A stretch of 64,000 nucleotides of DNA from Escherichia coli (lineage in GTDB: Bacteria; Pseudomonadota; Gammaproteobacteria; Enterobacterales; Enterobacteriaceae), in NCBI GenBank assembly GCA_032372955.1, contig GCA_032372955.1_4725.1, one strand, 5' to 3'. How positions within the stretch are numbered: position 1 is the first letter of the stretch; each line of letters opens with the position of its first letter. The translations under genes and the position numbers were made by a program. The notes below the pieces were generated by a model. It had not been told where the DNA came from. It did not search any database and worked only from the letters and a program-made list of their open reading frames with translations. Shown here piece after piece: positions 48,957 to 57,514 of the stretch.

Positions 48957-49367
48957 ATGGATCATTCGGATAGCGTGATAGCAATGATTACGCCACATCT
49001 GTTGCGCAACCTTCCAGCACCGAACGTCAAAACGAAGAATCATAATCGTCTTCTTGGATTATATCGAGACTGGCGGGATTCTGAAGGATTGACACGGATC
49101 GCGAACATCGATGCGGCTTATGATGCATTTCGTGACGAACACGATGAAAACGGCAATCTTAAGCCCATTGCAGCGCAGTTACGTAAAGATGTCGGTGATG
49201 ATGAAGTTCGCGATCTCCGCATCTGCGAAGAGGTTGCTACGAAGACCGCTCGGGGGTTAATGTTGCTGGAACTCTTCGGTGAACAAGGCCGTACCGAATT
49301 GCAGTCTGAACTTATCGCTTGCTTCGAAGACACGTTGTTAGAATTTAAAGATCGTCCTCCTTTCTGA
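48957..49367 (+). CDS. hypothetical protein
   Basis: 136 aa; gagg RBS. Confidence 0.5.
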   Translation: MDHSDSVIAMITPHLLRNLPAPNVKTKNHNRLLGLYRDWRDSEGLTRIANIDAAYDAFRDEHDENGNLKPIAAQLRKDVGDDEVRDLRICEEVATKTARGLMLLELFGEQGRTELQSELIACFEDTLLEFKDRPPF

Positions 49368-49387
49368 TGCATATTACGCCTCCTCCT

Positions 49388-49417
49388 GCCCATGTGGTGG
49401 GAGGAGGATGTTTATGC
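49388..49417 (+). terminator. GC-rich hairpin
   Basis: cctcctcc ... ggaggagg. Confidence 0.45.
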
Positions 49418-49420
49418 TGA

Positions 49421-49429
49421 TTAAAGGGA
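49421..49429 (+). promoter_or_regulatory. TTTATGCTG element after hairpin (late-promoter-like)
   Basis: One-mismatch variant of TTTATGCCG, about 50 nt upstream of the start at 49477. Confidence 0.35.
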
Positions 49430-49476
49430 CGGTTTATTTTAACTGCTTAACACTAGAATGTGAAGACTTAAAGAGG

Positions 49477-49833
49477 ATCCCTGGTATGAGTGATAACGAA
49501 AATCGTTCCGTAGCAGTGAACTACGTCAACAATTTAATCTTGCAAGAACTTACTCGTGATGCAGTAAGGGCATCAAATAAGCTAGGTTTTATCAACCACC
49601 ACGGACACATCATCGACATTAACAATCCTGACTGCCAGATCGTCGACATACGCAGCCAGGTCGAACACGTCGCTAACGTCATGGTTAAAGCTGAATACTG
49701 GCTGGAAACCATGAAAGAGCATGTTATCCAACCCCAACAATTAGATATCGACGTTGATGAAATTATTGAACAAGTTGAAGAGTCGTTCAATGAACTTGTC
49801 AACCACCGTATCGAAAAAGTTTTAAAGTTTTAA
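49477..49833 (+). CDS. hypothetical acidic protein (paralog of 49867)
   Basis: Start at MSDNENRS with aagagga RBS; shares NNLILQELTRDAV with RKLTLQELARPIG in the next gene. Confidence 0.45.
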   Translation: MPGMSDNENRSVAVNYVNNLILQELTRDAVRASNKLGFINHHGHIIDINNPDCQIVDIRSQVEHVANVMVKAEYWLETMKEHVIQPQQLDIDVDEIIEQVEESFNELVNHRIEKVLKF

Positions 49834-49866
49834 ACGATTGCTAACATTCACCTGAGGAAAAACATA

Positions 49867-50229
49867 ATGAACTTAATTCGCAAATTAACACTGCAAGAAC
49901 TGGCCCGTCCAATCGGTATTGAGGCAGCACTGCATGATGAAGATAGCAATGCGCTACAAGTCGCCGTGTTTACAGCAACCACGAACTACGCTGTTGATGT
50001 AGGTACCATTGAACCCGTACGTAGTTTTGAAGAAGATGCAACCGTTATTGATACCGTTGCTCAAAACGTCGCACAGGGTTTGGTTGTACTTGACCTGGCT
50101 GGTGATGCTGGTGAAGAAGCACTGCGCGAAGCGATGGCTGATTACGCAGCTAACTGGGATACCACCGTCACAATGAAAACATTCGATGGTTCTGAAGAGG
50201 AAGATACGGAAGAAGACAGCGTAGAATAA
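49867..50229 (+). CDS. hypothetical acidic protein (paralog of 49477)
   Basis: 120 aa, strongly acidic C-terminus GSEEEDTEEDSVE; gagga RBS. Confidence 0.5.
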   Translation: MNLIRKLTLQELARPIGIEAALHDEDSNALQVAVFTATTNYAVDVGTIEPVRSFEEDATVIDTVAQNVAQGLVVLDLAGDAGEEALREAMADYAANWDTTVTMKTFDGSEEEDTEEDSVE

Positions 50230-50243
50230 TAAACACGAATAAC

Positions 50244-50295
50244 CCTCCCTCTCCCATGCGGAGGTGGGAGGGAATTATGTCGTTGTTTTTATTTT
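50244..50295 (+). terminator. hairpin plus T-run
   Basis: ccctccctctcc catgc ggaggtgggaggg then ttgtttttatttt. Confidence 0.55.
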
Positions 50296-50386
50296 CCGTT
50301 ATTTCTGACGGAAATAAAGCAATATATGCAAAGGCAACGTATATCCAACATGTCATCTATTTCTACGTAGAAGAGGAAATGAGATT

Positions 50387-50872
50387 ATGGAGATAGCACA
50401 CGCCAACATATACGGCGATGGGTTAACGGTATATGAAGAAACATGGGCGAATGAACGAATTGTTTGGCTTAACGGATTCAATGTCAAAACGATCGAGGAT
50501 CCTTCGTTAGGCGTCGCATATACGTATCCTGTCGATACCTTAGAACAGCTATTTCAGGATATTCGTAACGACCTCATTGAAGTGGAGGGTGTGGATGGAA
50601 CGGTTTATGGCCGAGTCGATAAGTTCGGACGTGACCTTCGAGGCGATCATCCAAACATCATTTCTATTGGTGTTTATCCGTATTCGACATTCCCGTTTGT
50701 TGATGGCGTTTATGTTATCCGACCAAAGTTGGTTGGTGAAGAAAACGTATACCGTAACGATAAAGGATTGCGTGTGACCGAAGTGAGACAGATAAAGGGC
50801 TTCATTCTCACGGTTGTTTCGGATATATCAGACGCTATGGATCCGTACGCTCTACGACAGAAAGCCGGGTAA
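50387..50872 (+). CDS. hypothetical protein
   Basis: 161 aa; gagga RBS. Confidence 0.5.
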   Translation: MEIAHANIYGDGLTVYEETWANERIVWLNGFNVKTIEDPSLGVAYTYPVDTLEQLFQDIRNDLIEVEGVDGTVYGRVDKFGRDLRGDHPNIISIGVYPYSTFPFVDGVYVIRPKLVGEENVYRNDKGLRVTEVRQIKGFILTVVSDISDAMDPYALRQKAG

Positions 50873-51017
50873 TGTCGCCGACTTTTACTCCGGCAGTGGA
50901 GATATATTAACACCTACATAACCTAAGAGAAGGGATTCCCGATGCTATCATGGCGATAGTAAATTCCAACGGAATTGGTAAACCGTATGATAAAACCATT
51001 TAAATCGGAAAGTAATA

Positions 51018-53024
51018 ATGATTACAACACAGACAACCACCACGAAACGTCGTGTGAGGGCACGCGAGCTTATGCATTGGCCGGTTGATGAGGTGTTCGA
51101 ATGGGCACAGCCTAATGACCGTGTGTATATCGAGATGGACGATGGCGTTCATGAATTGCGTGCACGACGCATTTTCTTTAGTTACATGCACTGGTCTGTG
51201 CATCGCATGTATCCTGAGACCCCACTAACAAAAGAGAACCTGGTTGATAAACGCAAGTTCACAGCGGGTTCATCGGTTGCGTTGCAAAGCGCAGCGTATC
51301 GTCAATGCATGTATGCTTATCCACAAGAGAATCGTGAGGTTCTCTGGAAAGCATTGTTCGATATGTTTAACAATGTGTATAACTTCTTTACGTATGCGTT
51401 GGAGGAATACGTAACAACGATTTGCGCGGACGATTTTTATCAGATTACCGTACACCCCGAAGTTAAGAAAATCATCGCCGAAGCGGAACCCACCCGCGAA
51501 GGTATCGAAAGCGCATACAAGAAACTGACAAAGGTACTGAGCACCGATAAAACGTTACACGCAAACCCTATTGCACGTGCGGTAAGAACCGAACACGTTT
51601 CGATCGGACAGGTGCTGCAGTGTATTGGGATGCGTGGATTCTTGACTGATATTAACTCCGAGATATTCCGTGACCCAGTGATGCGGTCATACGCAGCTGG
51701 TTTGATCTCTCTTCCAGACAGCTTGAAAGAAAGTCGTTCTGCGGCAAAATCGTTGCTGTTCAACAAAGAGCAGATTAAAAAGTCTGAATATTTCGGTCGT
51801 GAACTTCAGATAGCGACAGCGGTTGTACAACGACTCCATCCTGGTGATTGTGGTAGTAAAGAGACCATCCCGATGCCAATCCGTGATGAGACCGACCTGC
51901 GTGGCTTCCACGGTCGATTCATTATTCGTGACGACGGTTCGTTGGTAGCGATACAACCACACATGAAAGAATTGATCGGCACCACAGTGCGCATGCGCTC
52001 TGTTAACTATTGTCATCATCCCGATCCTGCTGGGGTATGTACGACGTGTTACGGTGAATTAAGTCATAACTTCGCATTGACTGATAATGTCGGCGACGGT
52101 GCAGCGCGTACCTGTTCGCAACAGGTAACGCAGAACATTCTTTCTACCAAACACCACGATGGTTCGTCAACGGTATCCACAGCACCAATCCCACCGGAAT
52201 ATCAACATATCCTTCGCTACAGCCAGAACATGAACGACATCAAACTCGCACGTGAGCTGAAAGGTAAACACGTGTTGATTAAGATGAAGTTAGGTCTTGC
52301 GAACATGTTGTACGACGTAGCGGAAGCGGAAGAAATCAGTTCGCTGATACCGCAACGTCTGTTTAACATGACGCTTTGCGATATGGAGATTTACGACAGG
52401 AAAGATGAAAGCTATCGTAAGCTCAAAGTCAATTTCGATTTCTGTGGTCGTCCTGTTGTACCGAGTAAAGCGTTTATCCGGTATCTCAAACGCCATAGCT
52501 GGGAAGTGACGTCTGACGGGATTGTGATTTTCGACTTGAAACATTGGGACAATTCACGTACGTTATTCCAGATGCCGTTAATCCACAAAAACATGATGGA
52601 ATACGCAAAAGAAATCGAACGTGAATTCAAATTCGGGAAAGGTTCTTTCAGTGCCGGATTCCTCTCGGAAGACGAAGCAACACCGGAAGAAGTTGCAAAC
52701 GTGCTGTACTATTGGCATCGCCTGTGTGCTCAGCGTCTGCGAATGAACCTTTCGCATCTCGACGTTATTCTCTACGCCAGCATGATTCGTTCACCGCACA
52801 CGAAAGATTATCGCATGCCGAAACAGGGAACAACACGATACTTCAGTACCTTCAAGAAGAACATGAACATGCGCTCCTTGAGTATGAAGTTCGCTCACCA
52901 AGAGCAGCTGGATGCGTTCCAAAACCCGAACAGTTATATCCCAACCATGAAGCCGGATCATCCGATCGACTACATGCTGTTACCGCGTAAAGAACCTAAA
53001 CCGGAGGATGTAATCACGTTATGA
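51018..53024 (+). CDS. multisubunit RNA polymerase beta-prime-like subunit, C-terminal fragment
   Basis: VRMRSVNYCHHPDPAGVCTTCYGELS aligns to E. coli RpoC [22 protein letters not shown] (Zn-binding region); GDGAARTCSQQVTQNILSTKHHDG aligns to [28 protein letters not shown]. Confidence 0.75.
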   Translation: MITTQTTTTKRRVRARELMHWPVDEVFEWAQPNDRVYIEMDDGVHELRARRIFFSYMHWSVHRMYPETPLTKENLVDKRKFTAGSSVALQSAAYRQCMYAYPQENREVLWKALFDMFNNVYNFFTYALEEYVTTICADDFYQITVHPEVKKIIAEAEPTREGIESAYKKLTKVLSTDKTLHANPIARAVRTEHVSIGQVLQCIGMRGFLTDINSEIFRDPVMRSYAAGLISLPDSLKESRSAAKSLLFNKEQIKKSEYFGRELQIATAVVQRLHPGDCGSKETIPMPIRDETDLRGFHGRFIIRDDGSLVAIQPHMKELIGTTVRMRSVNYCHHPDPAGVCTTCYGELSHNFALTDNVGDGAARTCSQQVTQNILSTKHHDGSSTVSTAPIPPEYQHILRYSQNMNDIKLARELKGKHVLIKMKLGLANMLYDVAEAEEISSLIPQRLFNMTLCDMEIYDRKDESYRKLKVNFDFCGRPVVPSKAFIRYLKRHSWEVTSDGIVIFDLKHWDNSRTLFQMPLIHKNMMEYAKEIEREFKFGKGSFSAGFLSEDEATPEEVANVLYYWHRLCAQRLRMNLSHLDVILYASMIRSPHTKDYRMPKQGTTRYFSTFKKNMNMRSLSMKFAHQEQLDAFQNPNSYIPTMKPDHPIDYMLLPRKEPKPEDVITL

Positions 53025-54595
53025 AGTTAGCTCGTATCGACGTCTTCTCGCATGGCATGAGGCTGAGCGGATACGGACTTCGATTTGCCCATCTTATCGG
53101 CCATTACCTTCGAGACCGTTGTTTGCATCTGAGGAAACGGCGTGACCCTCGTACACGGAGAATGGTTACCGATACCATAAACACGTATGCCGCGGCAAGA
53201 AGCGATTATAGCGAGGTATACTTACTCCGCGAACAGTTGAAATCGTTTTTGGATTTTATCTTTTCCCGAGGGATACGAAAAGAGTGGTTGGAAATCGTCT
53301 ATCACGATCCGGTACCAGGTAAGGAAGTGGAGTTCGTAAAGAAATGGAAGTTTCCATGGCGTGAAGATCAGCAAGAATGGTTGGAGTACATGGACGGGGG
53401 TAAGGATACCCCCTTCAGAATGAGCCTAAACACCGCTCAAACGGGGTCGGGTAAAACAGCCATGTCTCAGGAGATTACCTTCCGACGCGGTGTACGGACG
53501 GGCATCATTCTGTCGCCGAGATACATGCCAGGCTGGCGAAGCTCACTACTGAACTTCTTCGGAATGGAACCAGGGGACGTTATCGAGATACGCGGGAACG
53601 CTAAGGAGGATCCACCGCATCCCGACATTCCTCGTTACAGTATGTTGGAGTTTCAAACCTTGGTTGAACAAGGTGAACTCGACTTCAAAATCGCATTGTT
53701 CTCCTTGAACATGTTCCAACGTTATATTGCGGACTACGAGAAGAATAACTGCGTTGCGCCATATGCCTTTCATCCCGCTGAGTTTTGGGAAAAGACCGGC
53801 ATAGGTTTGCTGATTCATGACGAGTGTCACGAAGCATTGCATTTCTTGTTTAAGGTCAAGTGTTACGCCAATATTCCGGAAATCATTTATCTGTCGGCAA
53901 CAGCGGTATCCGATGATCCGTTTATCGAACAGATGCTGTATTTGATGTATCCGAAAGAAGCCCGTTATGCGAAAGGCGAATACAAGAAATACATTGCGGT
54001 AAATGCGGTAACGTACCGACTACGCAGTACAGATAAAGTCAGATACAAAGGGTTTGGTGGAGCTTATTCGCACACGATATTCGAACAGTCTATCATGAAG
54101 AACAAGCAACTCAAACTCGCGTATTTTAACTTCATCTATACCGTTATTATCAAGGGTTTCATGAACCAGTATCAGGAAGGTATGAAGATGCTGGTGTATT
54201 GTGCGACCGTTGATATGTGTAAGTCGTTGTCGCATTATCTCAGTGAACGTATTCCTGAGCTAGAGATCGGTCCTTATACTGCTGAAGAAGATTTCATGGT
54301 CTTGCTGGATAACGATATTAGCGTTACGACAGTGAAATCGGCAGGTACCGGTATCGACCTTCCTGACTTGGTGATGACGTTCATGACGTTAGCGATGGGG
54401 TCACGAACCGGCAACATTCAGGTGTTGGGACGACTGCGTCAGCTGAAAGGGAAGTTTGAAGGAATGACGCCAACGTTCTGGTATCTGGTATGTACTTCTA
54501 TCGAAGCGCACCGTAAATACCATCAGCGCAAGGTGGAGTTCTTCAGCGACAAAGTGCTTACCCAGCGTGTTATCGATGAAGATTTTGAATTGTAA
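53021..54595 (+). CDS. SF2 DEAD/DEAH-box family helicase
   Basis: Walker A AQTGSGKT; motif II LLIHDECHEA; motif III YLSATAV; motif V/VI KSAGTGIDLPD and QVLGRLRQ. Confidence 0.75.
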   Translation: MKLARIDVFSHGMRLSGYGLRFAHLIGHYLRDRCLHLRKRRDPRTRRMVTDTINTYAAARSDYSEVYLLREQLKSFLDFIFSRGIRKEWLEIVYHDPVPGKEVEFVKKWKFPWREDQQEWLEYMDGGKDTPFRMSLNTAQTGSGKTAMSQEITFRRGVRTGIILSPRYMPGWRSSLLNFFGMEPGDVIEIRGNAKEDPPHPDIPRYSMLEFQTLVEQGELDFKIALFSLNMFQRYIADYEKNNCVAPYAFHPAEFWEKTGIGLLIHDECHEALHFLFKVKCYANIPEIIYLSATAVSDDPFIEQMLYLMYPKEARYAKGEYKKYIAVNAVTYRLRSTDKVRYKGFGGAYSHTIFEQSIMKNKQLKLAYFNFIYTVIIKGFMNQYQEGMKMLVYCATVDMCKSLSHYLSERIPELEIGPYTAEEDFMVLLDNDISVTTVKSAGTGIDLPDLVMTFMTLAMGSRTGNIQVLGRLRQLKGKFEGMTPTFWYLVCTSIEAHRKYHQRKVEFFSDKVLTQRVIDEDFEL

Positions 54596-54663
54596 CGATA
54601 GCGTTTGGTGGAATCAAAAATCAATGAGGGGCCTCGAAGCAGGCCCTTATAACCGGAGCATGT

Positions 54664-55557
54664 ATGTCACAAGTAAGAGGCGTGAAACAAATCGCCAATT
54701 TAATGATGTTAAGTGGTGAGACACAGCAGGAACGTGAGCTGGTCTTCTTTGGTAAACTGGCTGAAGACGGTGTTGAACGTCTTCGTCAAGTCGCATCAAA
54801 AATCGAACATATGGTGCAACATCAATGGTTGTTTGATAACACAGCCGTTGGTGGTGTGAAAGGTCAGGTGCGCGCACGTGCGATACAGATCGATAACGAA
54901 GAACCGAAATACATCATGACTACGAAGGTGTATCGCGGTCCAGGTGATGCAACGGAAAGCGAAGTCGAAATTCCGGTCGAGATGTTTGACGCGATCGAAC
55001 GTATGGCTCCTGAAGGCCAAGCGAAAACACGTTACACCGTAGAAAGCGCTGATGGTCTGGCATGGGAAGTTGACGTCATCTATACACGAGACCACCAGGT
55101 TGTTGAGTGGACGAAGATCGATATTGAAATTCCGGCTGGAACTTATCTTCGTGAAAATCCGACGTTGCCTGAAGCGTTGAGTGATGTGTTTGTGCAGATG
55201 ATCGATCGTCCTCACGCAAAACGTACGGATGAAGAGAACGCTATTCTTGACGATCTGTTCAAGAACAAATTCTACATCAAGAACGATAAGGTTGTGGTGA
55301 GCAAACTTCCTGAAGGGTTTGAACGCTTTGTTGATCCTAAGGTCGTCATTGAAATGCTGATGCCTGCCATCGAACCTCTCGTAAATATGATTCCAGCGTT
55401 AAGCTACAACGAGAAGTATTTTGATTTCGATGAAGAAGGTCAGCTGAAAAGCGCTTTACAAGAACTCAAGCATGCCGCACTCAGTGTCTTACGTTTAAGT
55501 AAGAAGAACAACGAAGAGTGTGATTGCGACCAAGATAAGAATGGAGAAAATGAATGA
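54664..55557 (+). CDS. hypothetical protein
   Basis: 297 aa; ggag RBS. Confidence 0.5.
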   Translation: MSQVRGVKQIANLMMLSGETQQERELVFFGKLAEDGVERLRQVASKIEHMVQHQWLFDNTAVGGVKGQVRARAIQIDNEEPKYIMTTKVYRGPGDATESEVEIPVEMFDAIERMAPEGQAKTRYTVESADGLAWEVDVIYTRDHQVVEWTKIDIEIPAGTYLRENPTLPEALSDVFVQMIDRPHAKRTDEENAILDDLFKNKFYIKNDKVVVSKLPEGFERFVDPKVVIEMLMPAIEPLVNMIPALSYNEKYFDFDEEGQLKSALQELKHAALSVLRLSKKNNEECDCDQDKNGENE

Positions 55558-55892
55558 ACGTACAACAAATCTGTTTAATCGATGATCAGTTCAGTGAAAT
55601 TAACGGTGAGCGTTACAATGTTGTAAGCTGGACGCTTTCGATGGTCCAGGCTGCTGAACAATTCCCGATGGACAAACACAGCCCTGAAGCGTTCCGCGAT
55701 GTCTATAAACAAACCCAGCTGGTTGACCGTAAACTACCCGAAGGTTACGACGACGAGAAACTACTGAACGATATTAAGCGTGCGTTCGCCTTACACATGC
55801 TAACCTTAACCGAAGACGATCCTTTAGAAATCCCTGACGAGTGGCTTATCTACGATATGGAAGCCTACTTCATGAAAGAACTCTGGTTCTAA
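55554..55892 (+). CDS. hypothetical protein
   Basis: 112 aa; ggaga RBS; ATGA overlap with upstream stop. Confidence 0.5.
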   Translation: MNVQQICLIDDQFSEINGERYNVVSWTLSMVQAAEQFPMDKHSPEAFRDVYKQTQLVDRKLPEGYDDEKLLNDIKRAFALHMLTLTEDDPLEIPDEWLIYDMEAYFMKELWF

Positions 55893-55910
55893 ATTAAATT
55901 GACATAAACC

Positions 55911-55967
55911 TTCCTCCCCGCCCGTTATGGGTAGGGAGGAAGATATGCTAACTATTTTTTTTTTTAC
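55911..55967. terminator. bidirectional hairpin with long T-run
   Basis: cttcctccc ... gggaggaag then a T11 run, between convergent genes. Confidence 0.55.
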
Positions 55968-57415
55968 TCGGTGAAGTGTGGTTTATAACCAGCCTGCCAT
56001 GCGGCGGTCATGGCGTCGTAGTTGATGTGTGAAGTGCCTGCCGGGAATGTCCAACCACTCAGATCCTGATTGAACGCGAAGCACCCAGACAACATATTGT
56101 TTGCATTCTTAACAGACGAAACATCCCACGAACCGATCGGTTGGTTGAATGTAGCGCAACCGTAGAAGAGGTCCTTCATTGAAGTAATGTTGCGGGTGTT
56201 CCATTTGGTGATGTTCACGTCGTTAATAACGCTGCATCGCGTAAACATACCTTCTAACGATGTCCAGTATGCCGGGATATAATCGGGAACCTTAGTTAAA
56301 CTGTTCGCCGCAAGGAATGATGGGGCCTTAGGTAATCCGTTGTTCCAGTCAACGATTTCAGTGATGTTACCACCGGTGAAGCTTTGCTGTACCTCTGTAT
56401 CTTCAACATTGGTAGGGGTACCCGTAGCGACGATCGTACGTTCCGTAGTGTCCGCATAAGTGTGCCGATATTCATTATCGCCTGAGTCCTGCGTCGTCTT
56501 ATTCCCATCACCCCAATCGATATTGACATTTGTCCAACCATCTAATGACAATATAATGCTGCCGCCTTTTGTTTTAAGAACGTATTGGATTGGTTTAGGT
56601 GAAGCGTGACCAACAACCATAGCACCCTTAAGGCTACCGATAACCCAATCTTTCTTGGTGGTTACCAGTAACTCGGCGTCACCGTATGACCGCACCTCTA
56701 CTCTACGAGCGTCTTCGCTTCCGTTAATTGTCTGCATTGCTTGTTGCATTTGTTCGCTGGTAATATCACCATAACGAACCATGACGTTCAGGATATTCTG
56801 GAAGTACGCAGCGTCAAGGACACCTTCAGTTGTTTCGGCATTTCCGTTTTCGCCGATAACCGAGGTTGTTGCTAACAGTAACGAACCAGATGTGTCAGCT
56901 TCAACGCCATCCAGATAAACCAGATTCGTAAGATTGGTTTGCTTGATGATCGTAATCAAGCTCAACGTATCGTTAGCGATATTGAACTGAAGATTACCAG
57001 CCCAAACATAAGACGTGTTTGCAACCGGAACCGTAATGTCTTTAATACCGGTGTCTTCGAACGTAATCTGCTTATTCAGCTCGGATTCGAGGAAGTCGAC
57101 GGTTGTGTCGAATACCAATCCGTAACGTTCAGCGATCGTGTTGATGATATCCCTTACGGCGGTATCATTTTTAACGATAACCCGTAACGGGATCCCAGTG
57201 AAGTTTTTAGCGATGTCTCGACGGATATAGGTCAGGGACTGCTCGTTAAAGTAACGGCTAGCATCGTTCGGTTTGATCGTAACAACAACCGTTCCGGGCA
57301 CTTCGCTTACCGGTTCAGTTAGTTCAAATTTTACGTCGTCTAATGTCAGCTGTAAGCTGTTTTTGCTATTTACTAACGCGAGAAGTTCGTCTTTCCAGCT
57401 TTGTTTGAGTTTCAT
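55964..57415 (-). CDS. BspA-like/DUF285-type repeat protein (candidate fibre or adhesin)
   Basis: 483 aa; C-terminal repeats GMFTRCSVINDVNITKWNTRNITSMKDLFYGCATFNQPIGSWDVSSVKNANNMLSGCFAFNQDLSGWTF match the F..C..FNQ.I..WDVS.V..M pattern. Confidence 0.45.
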   Translation of the reverse strand: MKLKQSWKDELLALVNSKNSLQLTLDDVKFELTEPVSEVPGTVVVTIKPNDASRYFNEQSLTYIRRDIAKNFTGIPLRVIVKNDTAVRDIINTIAERYGLVFDTTVDFLESELNKQITFEDTGIKDITVPVANTSYVWAGNLQFNIANDTLSLITIIKQTNLTNLVYLDGVEADTSGSLLLATTSVIGENGNAETTEGVLDAAYFQNILNVMVRYGDITSEQMQQAMQTINGSEDARRVEVRSYGDAELLVTTKKDWVIGSLKGAMVVGHASPKPIQYVLKTKGGSIILSLDGWTNVNIDWGDGNKTTQDSGDNEYRHTYADTTERTIVATGTPTNVEDTEVQQSFTGGNITEIVDWNNGLPKAPSFLAANSLTKVPDYIPAYWTSLEGMFTRCSVINDVNITKWNTRNITSMKDLFYGCATFNQPIGSWDVSSVKNANNMLSGCFAFNQDLSGWTFPAGTSHINYDAMTAAWQAGYKPHFTE

Positions 57416-57481
57416 TTATTCTGCCTTATTAAATAAGTACAACGCATATACGTCATACGATCTTGCAACAAATACAGCATA

Positions 57482-57509
57482 AAGCTCTGCATGATGTCAG
57501 GTAGAGCTT
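57482..57509 (-). terminator. hairpin downstream of minus-strand helicase gene
   Basis: aagctct ... agagctt arms. Confidence 0.35.
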
Positions 57510-57514
57510 CTTAA

